The notes under the pieces were generated by a model. It made no database searches and had not been told where the DNA came from. It saw only the letters and a list, made by a program, of their open reading frames with translations. Of a stretch of DNA of 64,000 nucleotides, positions 18,905 through 28,277 are shown in pieces (the first letter of the stretch is position 1; each line of letters begins with the position of its first letter). The position numbers were made by a program, and so were the translations under genes. Source of the stretch: Candidatus Multivoradales bacterium. Lineage in GTDB: Bacteria > Acidobacteriota > Thermoanaerobaculia > Multivoradales > JAHEKO01. The stretch covers positions 2,784,001 through 2,848,000 of the forward strand of contig CBDCXM010000009.1 of assembly GCA_965223855.1 (NCBI GenBank), in the 5' to 3' direction.

Positions 18905-21037
18905 TCAGTCGGACGAACCGGGCTTGGGCTTGTTCCGGCTCCCCAACGGTGGGCGCTTGGAGGAGGCTCCGCCCGGCTTGAGGCTCGCCTTCTTGCGAAG
19001 CTTGGCGAAGGGATCCTCCGCCTTCTCCTTCTGGCCGGCGCCGGCTCCGGGCCGGGCCGCTCCGGGTCGGGCCGCTCCGGGTCGCTCGGCACCGGGCCGG
19101 GCAGCGCCGGGCCTCGCGGTGCCGGCCGCGGCAGCTCCAGGCCGGGCAGGGGTGGCGGCGCCACCGCTCTTCATCGCTTCGAGCTTCTTCAGCGCTTCAG
19201 CCGCCTCTTTGGGCATCCCCGGCTTGGCGGCTCCGGCGGCCGCTGCGGGCGGGATTCCGGCAGGCATGCCGGGGGCCGCCGGCGCGGCGCCGGCATCGGG
19301 AGTCATGATCGAGGTGAAGAAGACGATCAACTGCTGGCTCAGCGTTTCGAGGTCGGCGGCGGACGCCGAAGACTTCTTGACACCCTCCGTGACCTTCCGC
19401 TGGGAGGCGTCGAGCGTCTTCAGCTGCTTCTGCAGGATCTCCTTGTCGGCAGCCGCCTCCCGTGCCACCTGATCGGTGATCGACTTGACGGTCGTTTCGA
19501 CGAGGTCGAGGGCGTTGTTCTGCTGCTCGGAGAGGTGCCGGGAGATCGCCTGATCCCACCCCTTCTGTACCTCACCGAGAGAGCGCTTCAGATCGTTGCG
19601 CATGCCCTCGCGCGCCTTGTCGAGCTCCTTGGCTACGGTCTCTGCGCTCTGCTTTCTCGCTCCGTTGTACACGTTGACGAGACCGAAGGAGAGGAGCACG
19701 ACCCCCATCGGAATCGTGAACTCGCGGTAGGAGCGGATGAACGACAGACCGAAGGCGGAGAAGACCATGAAGAAGACCATCTGGTAGCGACGCGCGGCCA
19801 TGAAGTAATCCATCGGTCCGCGGCGCGTGATCTCACTCTGGTAGGGACGGTTGAATCCGACCGAGCGATCGACCAGGTTGGTGAGGTGACGCTCCGACAT
19901 GTGATCGAAGTGGAGCGTGACGGGCGGAGCTCCCTTCGACTCGATCAGATTCTCGAGATGGGTTTCGACCTCGCGGAACAACTCGCGCATCCGCAGCAGG
20001 TCTTCGCGGCCGACGTCGGTGAGCGATCGCGACGCTTCGTCCAGCAGGCCGTCCTGGATCTGCTTCGGGATCGTCAGGACGAAGATCTTCGGCTTCTTCT
20101 CGTAGTCGAAGTCCTCGAAAGCGTCGATCCGCGCGTCGAGCTTGTTCGTGAGAATCCCGTCGTGGGTCGCCACCAGCTCGCCCATGCGCGCGGCCGAGGT
20201 CTTGGTGAAGGTGTCGAACTTCTTCTGCAGATAGGAGCGGACGTCGCCCAGCACCTCCGTCGGGTTCCCTCCCGATCCGGATCCCTTGGCGGCCATCTGC
20301 TGTTCGAGCGAGGCTCGCTTCGAGCGCATTCCACGACCCTCGTTCTCGAGGGCCGCGGCGAACGCGCCGTGCATCGAGGCGAGGGCGCGAGATGCCGACC
20401 ACAGCCCCGCCATCCGACCCGCCTGCTGCAGCGGCGGCCTGCCGAAGCTCTCCTCCAGATTCTTGGTGTGGAGGGTCTCGATCTCGACGATCTTGCAGAC
20501 CCAGTCGTCGCGACTTCCCAGACCGGCGATCGCCTGCGCCCAGTCGCTCTCCTTCGGAGCGACCATCAGCGTGAGCGGCCGGTTCTTGACCTCGGCGATC
20601 AGGGCTTCCATCCACTCCTGGCCGGGCGATTCCTTGGAGCCCCGCGCCACGACGAGCACCGGAGCGACTCTTTCGCCGGCCTGGCGGCCGCGTCCCTGCA
20701 TCCTGCTGCGGAGCCTGACGACGGAGCAGTTGCGCTGAAGGTCGACAGGGCGCCGCTCCTCTTCCTTCTCGCCGGTCGCGAGGTCGACGATCGATTCCGC
20801 CTCCAGCCCCAGCCATTGGGCGAGGGTCCCCGTCCATTGAGGATGGAGATCGCCGAGCAGCAGCACCTCCACCTCGACGGTGCCGGACTCGACGAGCGCC
20901 AGCAGCTCGTCCGCGTTCTCACGCAGTTTGACGAGCGCCGGCGCCCTGCCGGCGGCGTCTACGGTCTCCGAGAATCCGCGAACCTGGTCGCGGACCGTTT
21001 CCGCGGCGTTTTCGGGGCTGACTCGAGCCAGGGCCAT
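18905..21037 (-). CDS. Dynamin-like membrane protein with degenerate GTPase domain, helical stalk, TM hairpin and Pro/Ala-rich tail
   Basis: N-terminal helix then VEVLLLGDLHPQWTGTLAQWLG at the P-loop position; long helical region; hydrophobic hairpin MVFFMVFSAFGLSFI / FTIPMGVVLLSFGLVNVY; adjacent to Hsp70. CDS is clear, family call is inference. Confidence 0.5.
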   Translation of the reverse strand: MALARVSPENAAETVRDQVRGFSETVDAAGRAPALVKLRENADELLALVESGTVEVEVLLLGDLHPQWTGTLAQWLGLEAESIVDLATGEKEEERRPVDLQRNCSVVRLRSRMQGRGRQAGERVAPVLVVARGSKESPGQEWMEALIAEVKNRPLTLMVAPKESDWAQAIAGLGSRDDWVCKIVEIETLHTKNLEESFGRPPLQQAGRMAGLWSASRALASMHGAFAAALENEGRGMRSKRASLEQQMAAKGSGSGGNPTEVLGDVRSYLQKKFDTFTKTSAARMGELVATHDGILTNKLDARIDAFEDFDYEKKPKIFVLTIPKQIQDGLLDEASRSLTDVGREDLLRMRELFREVETHLENLIESKGAPPVTLHFDHMSERHLTNLVDRSVGFNRPYQSEITRRGPMDYFMAARRYQMVFFMVFSAFGLSFIRSYREFTIPMGVVLLSFGLVNVYNGARKQSAETVAKELDKAREGMRNDLKRSLGEVQKGWDQAISRHLSEQQNNALDLVETTVKSITDQVAREAAADKEILQKQLKTLDASQRKVTEGVKKSSASAADLETLSQQLIVFFTSIMTPDAGAAPAAPGMPAGIPPAAAAGAAKPGMPKEAAEALKKLEAMKSGGAATPARPGAAAAGTARPGAARPGAERPGAARPGAARPGAGAGQKEKAEDPFAKLRKKASLKPGGASSKRPPLGSRNKPKPGSSD
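19040..19146 (-). repeat. 15-bp coding repeats (RPGAA/RPGAE pentapeptides)
   Basis: PARPGAAAAGTARPGAARPGAERPGAARPGAARPGAG in the C-terminal tail. Confidence 0.8.
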
Positions 21038-21064
21038 GACGTGGGCGGCGCGGAGGCGCCGCGC

Positions 21065-21409
21065 TTAGTCGAACGCCTCGATCGCCTCTTTCTGGGTGTC
21101 GAAGGAGGGAATGATCTTGTGGATCAGCGCCATCTGGAGAACCTTGCCCACGTTCTCCTCGAAGTTGGCCAGGTGGACCTGCGCTCCCTTCTCCTTCGCG
21201 GCGACGTTGACCGCGACGAGCTCTCCTACGCCCGCCGAGTCCATCTTGGTGACCTTGCCCATGTCGACCACGAATTTGTCCTCTCCCTCCTTCAGCTCCT
21301 TGACGACGAGCTTCATGAGGTCGAAGTGATCCTGCCCAAGCACCATCTCGCCCTTGAGGCTGACGATGAGGACATCCTTCTGCTGACGTGTCTTGATCTC
21401 GAATGCCAT
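21065..21409 (-). CDS. STAS-domain anti-sigma factor antagonist (114 aa)
   Basis: IVSLKGEM...FVVDMGKVTKMDSAGVGELV with phospho-acceptor Ser; own RBS GGAGAG before ATG 21409. Confidence 0.9.
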   Translation of the reverse strand: MAFEIKTRQQKDVLIVSLKGEMVLGQDHFDLMKLVVKELKEGEDKFVVDMGKVTKMDSAGVGELVAVNVAAKEKGAQVHLANFEENVGKVLQMALIHKIIPSFDTQKEAIEAFD

Positions 21410-21599
21410 CGGACTCTCCCTCTCCGGCGTTTCCGCCGCGGTTCCTGCAGTCTCCTCTTTCGGCTGAGCGCCGAGTCTAGAGGACTTGGTCGTTGCCGAC
21501 AATGAATTGTTACCTCCGGCCCGATTACCCTTCGGCACACTGCCAGAGCCCTTCTTGTCTACGGAGCTATGGCTGCTGCGGTGGCGCTCGAAAGGATCG

Positions 21600-22006
21600 C
21601 CGGTCTCGGCGAGACGCCTCCTGTAGGGCGTCAGACGGCGGTCGATCGTCCTCACACTGAGGTCCAGAAGTTGGCGGGCGATCTTCGGTCGCACCTCGAC
21701 CCTGGTCCTCGCCCAGGTCACCAGCTCGGGCAACCGCTTCTTCAGTTTCGCGGCGGACGGGTAGCGGGCATGCCGCCACAGGGAGACCAGAAGCCGGGTG
21801 CCCTCGTTGTCGCTCTTCCGGGGCCGGCCGCGACGCCTCGGGAGCCTCGGTCGCGGGGGTTTTCGAAGCAGCCGGGTCGCGTACTTACGGTGAAACCCGG
21901 TCACCGCGCAAAATTCGTCCAGCAGCCGTGACTTCTCCGGACGCGTCGCTTTTCGATAGCGCGGCGCGATCGCCTTGACCATCTCGAGTTGCCAGTGTTC
22001 CCTCAA
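21600..22006 (-). mobile_element. Remnant N-terminal DNA-binding region of an integrase-core (ISNCY/IS481-like) transposase, no catalytic domain
   Basis: IAPRYRKATRPEKSRLLDEFCAVTGFHRKYATRLL..RRGRPRK..LWRHARYPSAAKLK..LLDLSVRTIDRRL; no DDE core follows. Confidence 0.7.
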
Positions 22007-22280
22007 AGGTCGGCCTGTCTGTTTCGGGCTCGGTAACAAACTATATGGCGTGGATCCTGCGAGCGCAAGCCCTCCGGGGTAAGAACGCTTTTGGCGTAAA
22101 CCGTTGACACGCCGAAACTCGGCTGATTCCCTGCCGATCATGCGAGGCGAGCTGGCACAGGGTCCTGGTCTCACCGGCGGTACGGGAGCCGGTGCTGTAA
22201 CGAATCGACCGGTGACGCGCCAGTCCGCTGTGCGAGTCCGCCTCGCGGGACGACCCATTTGCACAATCGAGGAGTAGGAG

Positions 22281-25200
22281 ATGATTGAACTCAGCGACGA
22301 ACAAAAACTACTTGCGCAGTCTCTGCTGCAGAAGAAGGCCGCCATGGAGGCGTACCGGGCAGCGGAGCTGCCGGCTTCCGCGATGCTCGAGGTCGGGCTG
22401 TCGATGGAGCAGGTGCGCGAGGCGGGCTACGAGCCGAACGAGCTCAAGGAAGAGCAGTTCGCGGCCGAGAAGCTGCATGGACTCTGGCCGGCGGCCGAAT
22501 TCCTGGACAGCGACTGGGAGCTGGCCGAACTGAAGGACGGCGGCTACGGCGTCATGGAGTTCAGGACGGGCGGCTGGGAGCCGAGCGTCCTGCTCGACGA
22601 CGGCGCATATACCGCCGAGGACTTCCACGGTGGTGGTGAAGCCGGCGAGGCCGAAGGCGAGGGCGAAGAAGGGGGCGACTCGGAGTCGATCTGGCCTGCG
22701 GAAGAGCTGAAGGCCGCCGAGATCGGTGCCGAGATTCTGCGGGAAGGTGGCTACACGGCGACCGAGCTGCGGGAAGGCGGCTACTTCGCCGGCGAGCTGC
22801 GCGAGGCCGAGTACACGGCCGCGGAGCTGCTCGAGGCCGAGTTCACCGCTGAAGAGATGAAGGACGGCGAGTGGGACGCTGCCGAGCTCAAGGACGGCGG
22901 CTGGGACGCCGAGGTGCTCTACGGCGTCTACAGCAACGAGGAGCTGCGCGAGGCGGGCTACGAGGCGGCGGCGATGAAGAGCGCCGGCGCCACCGCCAAC
23001 GAGATGCGCCAGGCCGGCTATAGCGGCGAGGACCTGCAGGAGGAGTACTCGCTGCCCGAGAAGCGCGAGGGCGGCTACGGCGCCGGCGAGCTGAGCGATC
23101 AGTACTCCGCCAAGGAGATGACCAAGGCGCAGTTCGGCGTCGAAGAGCTCTACCCGCACTACGACGTCGAGGACCTCAAGGAAGCGGGCGTCACGGCGAA
23201 GGAGTTGCTCGAGGAGGTCGAGGAGTGCTCGGTTTCGGACATCGCCGAGTTCTTCAGTGCGACCGAGCTCAAGGAGGCGGGGGCGACCGCCACAGAGCTC
23301 GAACAGGAGAACTTCAGTGCTGCCGATCTCAAGGAGGCGGGGTACCCGCTCTCCGAGCTGAAGGAGTGCTTCGACCTTCCCGACCTCAAGGAGGAGTTCA
23401 CTCTCCCCGAGCTCAAGGAGGAGTACGAACTCTCGGAGCTCAAGGAGGAGTTCGAGGTCTCGGAGCTCAAGGAGGAGTTCGAGCTCGGCGAGATGAAGGA
23501 GGAGTTCGGAGTCGCCGATCTCAAGGAGGCCTACTCGCTCGAGGAGCTCAAGCCCGAGTACGAGCTTTCGGAGCTCAAGGACGCCTACGACCTGGGCGAG
23601 CTGAAGGCTGAGTTCGAGCTTTCGGAGCTCAAGGAGGAGTTCGACCTCGGCGAGCTCAAGGAGGAGTTCTCGCTCGAGAAGCTGAAGGCTGAGTTCGACC
23701 TTCCGGAGCTCAAGGAGGAGTTCGATCTCGGAGAGCTCAAGCGAGAGTTCTCGCTCGAGGAGTTGAAGGAGGAGTTCGACCTCGGCGAGCTCAAGGAGGA
23801 GTTCTCCCTCGAAGAGCTGAAGGCTGAGTTCGAGCTTTCGGAGCTCAAGGAGGAGTTCGACCTCGGCGACCTCAAGCAGGAGTTCTCGCTCGAGGAGCTC
23901 AAGGCTGAGTTCGAGCTTTCGGAGCTCAAGGAAGAGTTCTCGCTCGAGGAGCTGAAGGCGGAGTTCGAGCTGCCGGAATTGAAGGAGGAGTTCGACCTCG
24001 GTGAGCTCAAGGAGGAGTTCTCGCTCGAGGAGCTCAAGGAGGAGTTCGAGCTTGCCGAGCTGAAGGAGGAGTTCTCCCTCGAGAAGCTGAAGGCTGAGTT
24101 CGAGCTCGAGGAGCTCAAAGAGGAGTTCGAGCTTTCCGACCTCAAGGAGGAGTTCTCGCTCGAGGAGCTGAAGGAGGAGTTCGATCTTCCGGATCTCAAG
24201 GAGGAGTTCACTCTCGAAGAGCTGAAGGCGGAGTTCGAGCTGACGGAACTCATGGAGGAGTTCGAACTCTCCGAGCTCAAGCGCGAGTTCTCGCTCGAGG
24301 AGCTCAAGGAAGAGTTCGAGCTTGCCGAGCTGAAGGAGGAGTTCTCGCTCGAGAAGCTGAAGGCGGAGTTCGAGCTCGAGGAGCTGAAGGAGGAGTTCGA
24401 CCTCGGTGAGTTGAAGGAGGAGTTCTCGCTCGAGGAGCTCAAGGAGGAGTTCGAGCTCTCGGAGCTGAAGGAAGAGTTCTCCCTGGAAGATCTCAAGGAG
24501 GAGTTCGAACTCGCCGAGTTGAAGGAGGAGTTCGAGCTTTCGGAGCTGAAGGAGGAGTTCGACCTCGGCGAGTTGAAGGAAGAGTTCGAGCTTCCCGAGC
24601 TCAAGGAGGAGTTCGATCTCGGCGAGCTCAAGGAGGAGTTCGAACTCGCCGAGCTGAAGGAGGAGTTCGAACTCGCGGAGCTCAAGGAAGAGTTCGAACT
24701 CGGTGAGCTGAAGGAGGAGTTCGAGCTTCCCGAGCTCAAGGAGGAGTTCGAACTCGGTGAGCTCAAGGAGGAGTTCGAGCTTTCCGAGCTGAAGGTAGAG
24801 TTCGAGCTTTCGGAGCTGAAGGAAGAGTTCGACCTCGGCGAACTGAAAGAGGAGTTCGAGCTTTCTGAGCTCAAGGAAGAGTTCGAGCTCGGTGAGCTGA
24901 AGGAAGAGTTCGAGCTCGACGAACTGAAGGAAGAGTTCGAGCTTTCGGAGCTCAAGGAGGAGTTCGAACTCGGCGAGCTGAAGGAGGAGTTCGAACTCGA
25001 CGAGCTGAAGGAGGAGTTCGAGCTTTCCGAGCTGAAGGAGGAGTTCGAGCTTTCGGAGCTCAAGGAAGAGTTCGAGCTCGAGGAGTTGAAGGAAGAGTTC
25101 GAGCTCGGCGAGCTGAAGGAGGAGTTCGAGCTCGAGGAGCTCAAGGAAGAGTTCGAGCTTTCGGAGCTCAAGGAGGAGTTCGAACTTTCGGAGCTCAAGG

Positions 25201-28200
25201 AGGAGTTCGAGCTCGAGGAGTTGAAGGAAGAGTTCGAACTCGGTGAGCTCAAGGAGGAGTTCGAGCTCGAGGAACTCAAGGAGGAGTTCGAGCTTTCCGA
25301 GTTGAAGGAAGAGTTCGAGCTTTCGGAGCTCAAGGAAGAGTTCGAACTCGAGGAGTTGAAGGAAGAGTTCGAGCTCGGTGAGCTCAAGGAGGAGTTCGAG
25401 CTCGACGAGCTGAAAGAGGAGTTCGAGCTTTCGGAGCTCAAGGAAGAGTTCGAGCTCGGCGAGCTGAAGGAAGAGTTCGAACTCGACGAGTTGAAGGAGG
25501 AGTTCGAGCTCGGCGAGCTGAAGGAAGAGTTCGAGCTCTCGGAGCTCAAGGAGGAGTTCGACCTCGGCGAGCTGAAAGAGGAGTTCGAGCTTTCGGAGCT
25601 GAAGGAGGAATTCGAGCTCTCCGAGCTGAAGGAGGAATTCGAGCTTTCGGAGCTCAAGGAGGAGTTCGAGCTCTCGGAGCTCAAGGAGGAGTTCGAGATC
25701 CCCGAGCTGAAGGAGGAGTTCGAGCTCTCCGAGATGAAGGAGGAGTTCGAGCTCGAAGAGCTCAAGGATCACTACGAGCTCGAGGAGCTGGCCGAGGAGT
25801 ACACCTGCGCCGAGCTCAAGGACGTCGACTTCACGGCGCAGGAGCTCTACGGGGTCGACTTCACCATGGGCGACCTCAGGGAGGCGGGCTTCACCGCCGG
25901 CGAGCTCAAGGAGGAGGGCTTCGAAGCGGGGCAGCTCCTCGAGGGTGAGTACGAGGCGCAGGATTGTCACGACGCCGGGTACGACGCCGCCGAGATGCTC
26001 GCCGGTGAGTGGCTCACCGAGGTACTGCACGGTGTCTACTCCGCTGCCGAGATGCTCGAGGGCGACTGGCCGACGGATCTGATGCACGGCATCTACACCG
26101 CGGCCGAGATGCTGGAGGCGAACTGGCCGACCGAGCTGATGCACGGCATCTTCGAGGCCGCCGAGCTTCTAGAAGCCAACTGGCCGACGGAGCTGGTGCA
26201 CGGCATCTACCAGGCCGCCGAGCTTCTGGAGGCGAACTGGCCGACGGAGCTGGTGCACGGGATCTTCGATGCCGCCGAGCTCCTGGAGGCGAACTGGCCG
26301 ACGGACCTGCTGCACGGGATCTTCCCGGCCGCCGAGCTTCTCGACGCGAACTGGCCGACGGAGCTGATGCACGGCATCTACCAGGCCGCCGAGCTTCTGG
26401 AGGCGAACTGGCCGACGGAGCTGCTGCACGGGATCTTCCCGGCCGCCGAGCTTCTGGAGGCGAACTGGCCGACGGAACTGGTGCACGGGATCTTCGAGGC
26501 CGCCGAGCTTCTGGAGGCGAACTGGCCGACCGAGCTGGTGCACGGGATCTTCCCGGCCGCCGAGCTTCTGGAGGCGAGCTGGCCGACGGACCTGATGCAC
26601 GGGATCTTCGACGCCGCCGAGATGTTGGAGGCGAACTGGCCGACCGATCTGATGCACGGGATCTTCCCGGCCGCCGAGCTTCTGGAAGCGAGCTGGCCTA
26701 CGGATCTGATGCACGGGATCTTCGACGCCGCCGAGATGCTGGAGGCGAACTGGCCGACCGATCTGATGCACGGGATCTTCCCCGCGACGGAGCTGTTGGA
26801 CGCCAACTGGCCGACGGAGCTGATGCACGGGATCTTCGACGCTGCCGAGATGCTGGAGGCGAACTGGCCGACCGATCTGATGCACGGGATCTTCCCGGCT
26901 GCCGAGCTTCTGGAGGCGAACTGGCCGACGGATCTGATGCACGGGATCTTCAACGCCGCCGAGATGCTGGAGGCGAACTGGCCGACCGATCTGATGCACG
27001 GGATCTTCCCGGCCGCCGAGCTTCTGGAGGCCAACTGGCCCACGGAGCTGGTGCACGGCATCTTCGATGCGACCGAGCTACTGGAGGCCAACTGGCCGAC
27101 CAACCTGTTGCACGGGATCTTCCCGGCCAAGGAGCTGCTCGACGCGGCCTGGCCGACGGAGCTGGTACACGGCATCTACGAGGCTGCCGAGCTTCTGGAG
27201 GCCGACTGGCCGACCGAGCTGGTGCACGGCATCTTCGATGCCGCCGAGCTTCACGCCGGCGGCTGGCTGGCCGAGCGCCTGCACGGCATCTTCGGCGCCG
27301 ACGAGGTCAAGGACGCCTACCAGCCCGACGAGGTCGAAGGTGTCTACGCGATGGAGGAGTTCTTCGGGGACGAGGTCTCCGAGGCGATCTCGAGCGTCGG
27401 TGACTTCACGTCGATGATCACGAGCGGCATCGACCGCCTCAACGAGATGCTCGCCGCCGCGCAGTCGGTGAAGGGCGACATCGTTGCGGCGACCGACGAG
27501 GTCAAGTCGCAGTTCGACGTTCTCGACCAGTCGATCAACGAGGCCGAGCAGCAGATCGCTCAGCAGGCCGAGGAGATCGCCGCCAAGTTCGAGGAGTTCG
27601 AGGCCAAGCTCACCGCCTTCGACGGCGGGGTGTCGGAAGGCACCGAGGGGCTGGAGAACGAGCTCAACGACGTCGAGGTGATGTCCAACGAGATGCTCTC
27701 GACGATGCAGACCCAGTACGAGGCCTGCAAGAGCGACCTCGAAGCGCTCGCCGATCAGGTGACGGAGTACCAGAGCACCACGACGAGCGAGGTTCAGGCG
27801 CGTCAGGAGCAGATCGAAGCGTTCCAGCAGGAGATCGAGTCGGTCGAAAGCGACTTCCGCGACAAGAAGGACGAGCTCGTCGACCACTACAACGGGATGC
27901 AGGACGGTCTGGTCAACAGCCTGTCGAACGTCCAGAGCGAGTTCGGCGGCCTGGTGTCTCAGACCTCCTCGAGCCTCACGGCTCTGACCGGAATGCTCGA
28001 CGACACGAGCTCGGAGAAGCTGGGCAACATGGCGACTCTGATGCTCGAGACGCTGGTGGGCGCCCTCGGCGATTCCGCCGGCGCCCTCGGCGACGCGCTC
28101 TCGTTCCTCGAGGGTGTCGGTGCGGCGGGCCAGGAGCTGATGGACGGCGCCGCCGGCGACGTCATCGGCCAGATGGAAGGCGTCGTCGACGTCATCGACC

Positions 28201-28244
28201 AGATCAAACCCGTACTCGACATGGTCGAGTCGATGCTCGGCTGA
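22281..28244 (+). CDS. Giant acidic repeat protein (1987 aa) with C-terminal ~300-aa helical domain
   Basis: RBS GAGGAG upstream; uninterrupted ORF; 10-, 9- and 19-aa repeat blocks; no signal peptide. Confidence 0.9.
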   Translation: MIELSDEQKLLAQSLLQKKAAMEAYRAAELPASAMLEVGLSMEQVREAGYEPNELKEEQFAAEKLHGLWPAAEFLDSDWELAELKDGGYGVMEFRTGGWEPSVLLDDGAYTAEDFHGGGEAGEAEGEGEEGGDSESIWPAEELKAAEIGAEILREGGYTATELREGGYFAGELREAEYTAAELLEAEFTAEEMKDGEWDAAELKDGGWDAEVLYGVYSNEELREAGYEAAAMKSAGATANEMRQAGYSGEDLQEEYSLPEKREGGYGAGELSDQYSAKEMTKAQFGVEELYPHYDVEDLKEAGVTAKELLEEVEECSVSDIAEFFSATELKEAGATATELEQENFSAADLKEAGYPLSELKECFDLPDLKEEFTLPELKEEYELSELKEEFEVSELKEEFELGEMKEEFGVADLKEAYSLEELKPEYELSELKDAYDLGELKAEFELSELKEEFDLGELKEEFSLEKLKAEFDLPELKEEFDLGELKREFSLEELKEEFDLGELKEEFSLEELKAEFELSELKEEFDLGDLKQEFSLEELKAEFELSELKEEFSLEELKAEFELPELKEEFDLGELKEEFSLEELKEEFELAELKEEFSLEKLKAEFELEELKEEFELSDLKEEFSLEELKEEFDLPDLKEEFTLEELKAEFELTELMEEFELSELKREFSLEELKEEFELAELKEEFSLEKLKAEFELEELKEEFDLGELKEEFSLEELKEEFELSELKEEFSLEDLKEEFELAELKEEFELSELKEEFDLGELKEEFELPELKEEFDLGELKEEFELAELKEEFELAELKEEFELGELKEEFELPELKEEFELGELKEEFELSELKVEFELSELKEEFDLGELKEEFELSELKEEFELGELKEEFELDELKEEFELSELKEEFELGELKEEFELDELKEEFELSELKEEFELSELKEEFELEELKEEFELGELKEEFELEELKEEFELSELKEEFELSELKEEFELEELKEEFELGELKEEFELEELKEEFELSELKEEFELSELKEEFELEELKEEFELGELKEEFELDELKEEFELSELKEEFELGELKEEFELDELKEEFELGELKEEFELSELKEEFDLGELKEEFELSELKEEFELSELKEEFELSELKEEFELSELKEEFEIPELKEEFELSEMKEEFELEELKDHYELEELAEEYTCAELKDVDFTAQELYGVDFTMGDLREAGFTAGELKEEGFEAGQLLEGEYEAQDCHDAGYDAAEMLAGEWLTEVLHGVYSAAEMLEGDWPTDLMHGIYTAAEMLEANWPTELMHGIFEAAELLEANWPTELVHGIYQAAELLEANWPTELVHGIFDAAELLEANWPTDLLHGIFPAAELLDANWPTELMHGIYQAAELLEANWPTELLHGIFPAAELLEANWPTELVHGIFEAAELLEANWPTELVHGIFPAAELLEASWPTDLMHGIFDAAEMLEANWPTDLMHGIFPAAELLEASWPTDLMHGIFDAAEMLEANWPTDLMHGIFPATELLDANWPTELMHGIFDAAEMLEANWPTDLMHGIFPAAELLEANWPTDLMHGIFNAAEMLEANWPTDLMHGIFPAAELLEANWPTELVHGIFDATELLEANWPTNLLHGIFPAKELLDAAWPTELVHGIYEAAELLEADWPTELVHGIFDAAELHAGGWLAERLHGIFGADEVKDAYQPDEVEGVYAMEEFFGDEVSEAISSVGDFTSMITSGIDRLNEMLAAAQSVKGDIVAATDEVKSQFDVLDQSINEAEQQIAQQAEEIAAKFEEFEAKLTAFDGGVSEGTEGLENELNDVEVMSNEMLSTMQTQYEACKSDLEALADQVTEYQSTTTSEVQARQEQIEAFQQEIESVESDFRDKKDELVDHYNGMQDGLVNSLSNVQSEFGGLVSQTSSSLTALTGMLDDTSSEKLGNMATLMLETLVGALGDSAGALGDALSFLEGVGAAGQELMDGAAGDVIGQMEGVVDVIDQIKPVLDMVESMLG
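23355..25811 (+). repeat. Tandem 27-bp coding repeat, 91 in-phase units of ELKEEF(E/D/S)L(S/G/E/P/A/D)
   Basis: First unit GAG at 23355, ELKDHYELE unit at 25758 (89 x 27 later); synonymous codon variation between units. Confidence 0.92.
25986..27296 (+). repeat. Tandem 57-bp coding repeat, 23 units of AAE(L/M)LEANWPT(E/D)L(M/V/L)HGI(F/Y)x
   Basis: Counted from the translation; W and HG are invariant. Confidence 0.92.
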
Positions 28245-28277
28245 TCGCCACTTCATCGGGACTAAGGAGAAAGAACA

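Noticed and set aside
18377-21505. 1042-aa plus-strand ORF, and similar long ORFs such as 53331-56966(+), 44251-47208(-) and 42453-44918(+)
   Set aside because: Antisense to genes with clear family motifs or coding pattern; typical stop-poor shadow frames of GC-rich DNA
21065-22345. Single 426-aa protein as given by the ORF track
   Set aside because: The first ~110 codons look non-coding and overlap the divergent gene start; STAS has its own RBS. Only a possible HTH-STAS fusion is retained as a finding.
22308-27175. Long antisense ORFs (1278-aa Leu/Glu-rich, 726-aa poly-Ser and others)
   Set aside because: Shadow frames of the repetitive high-GC sense gene, with no RBS or independent coding signal
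23355-27296. CRISPR array suggested by regular 27-bp and 57-bp repeats
   Set aside because: Units are head-to-tail without unique spacers, vary at synonymous positions, are multiples of 3 inside an ORF, and no cas genes are present
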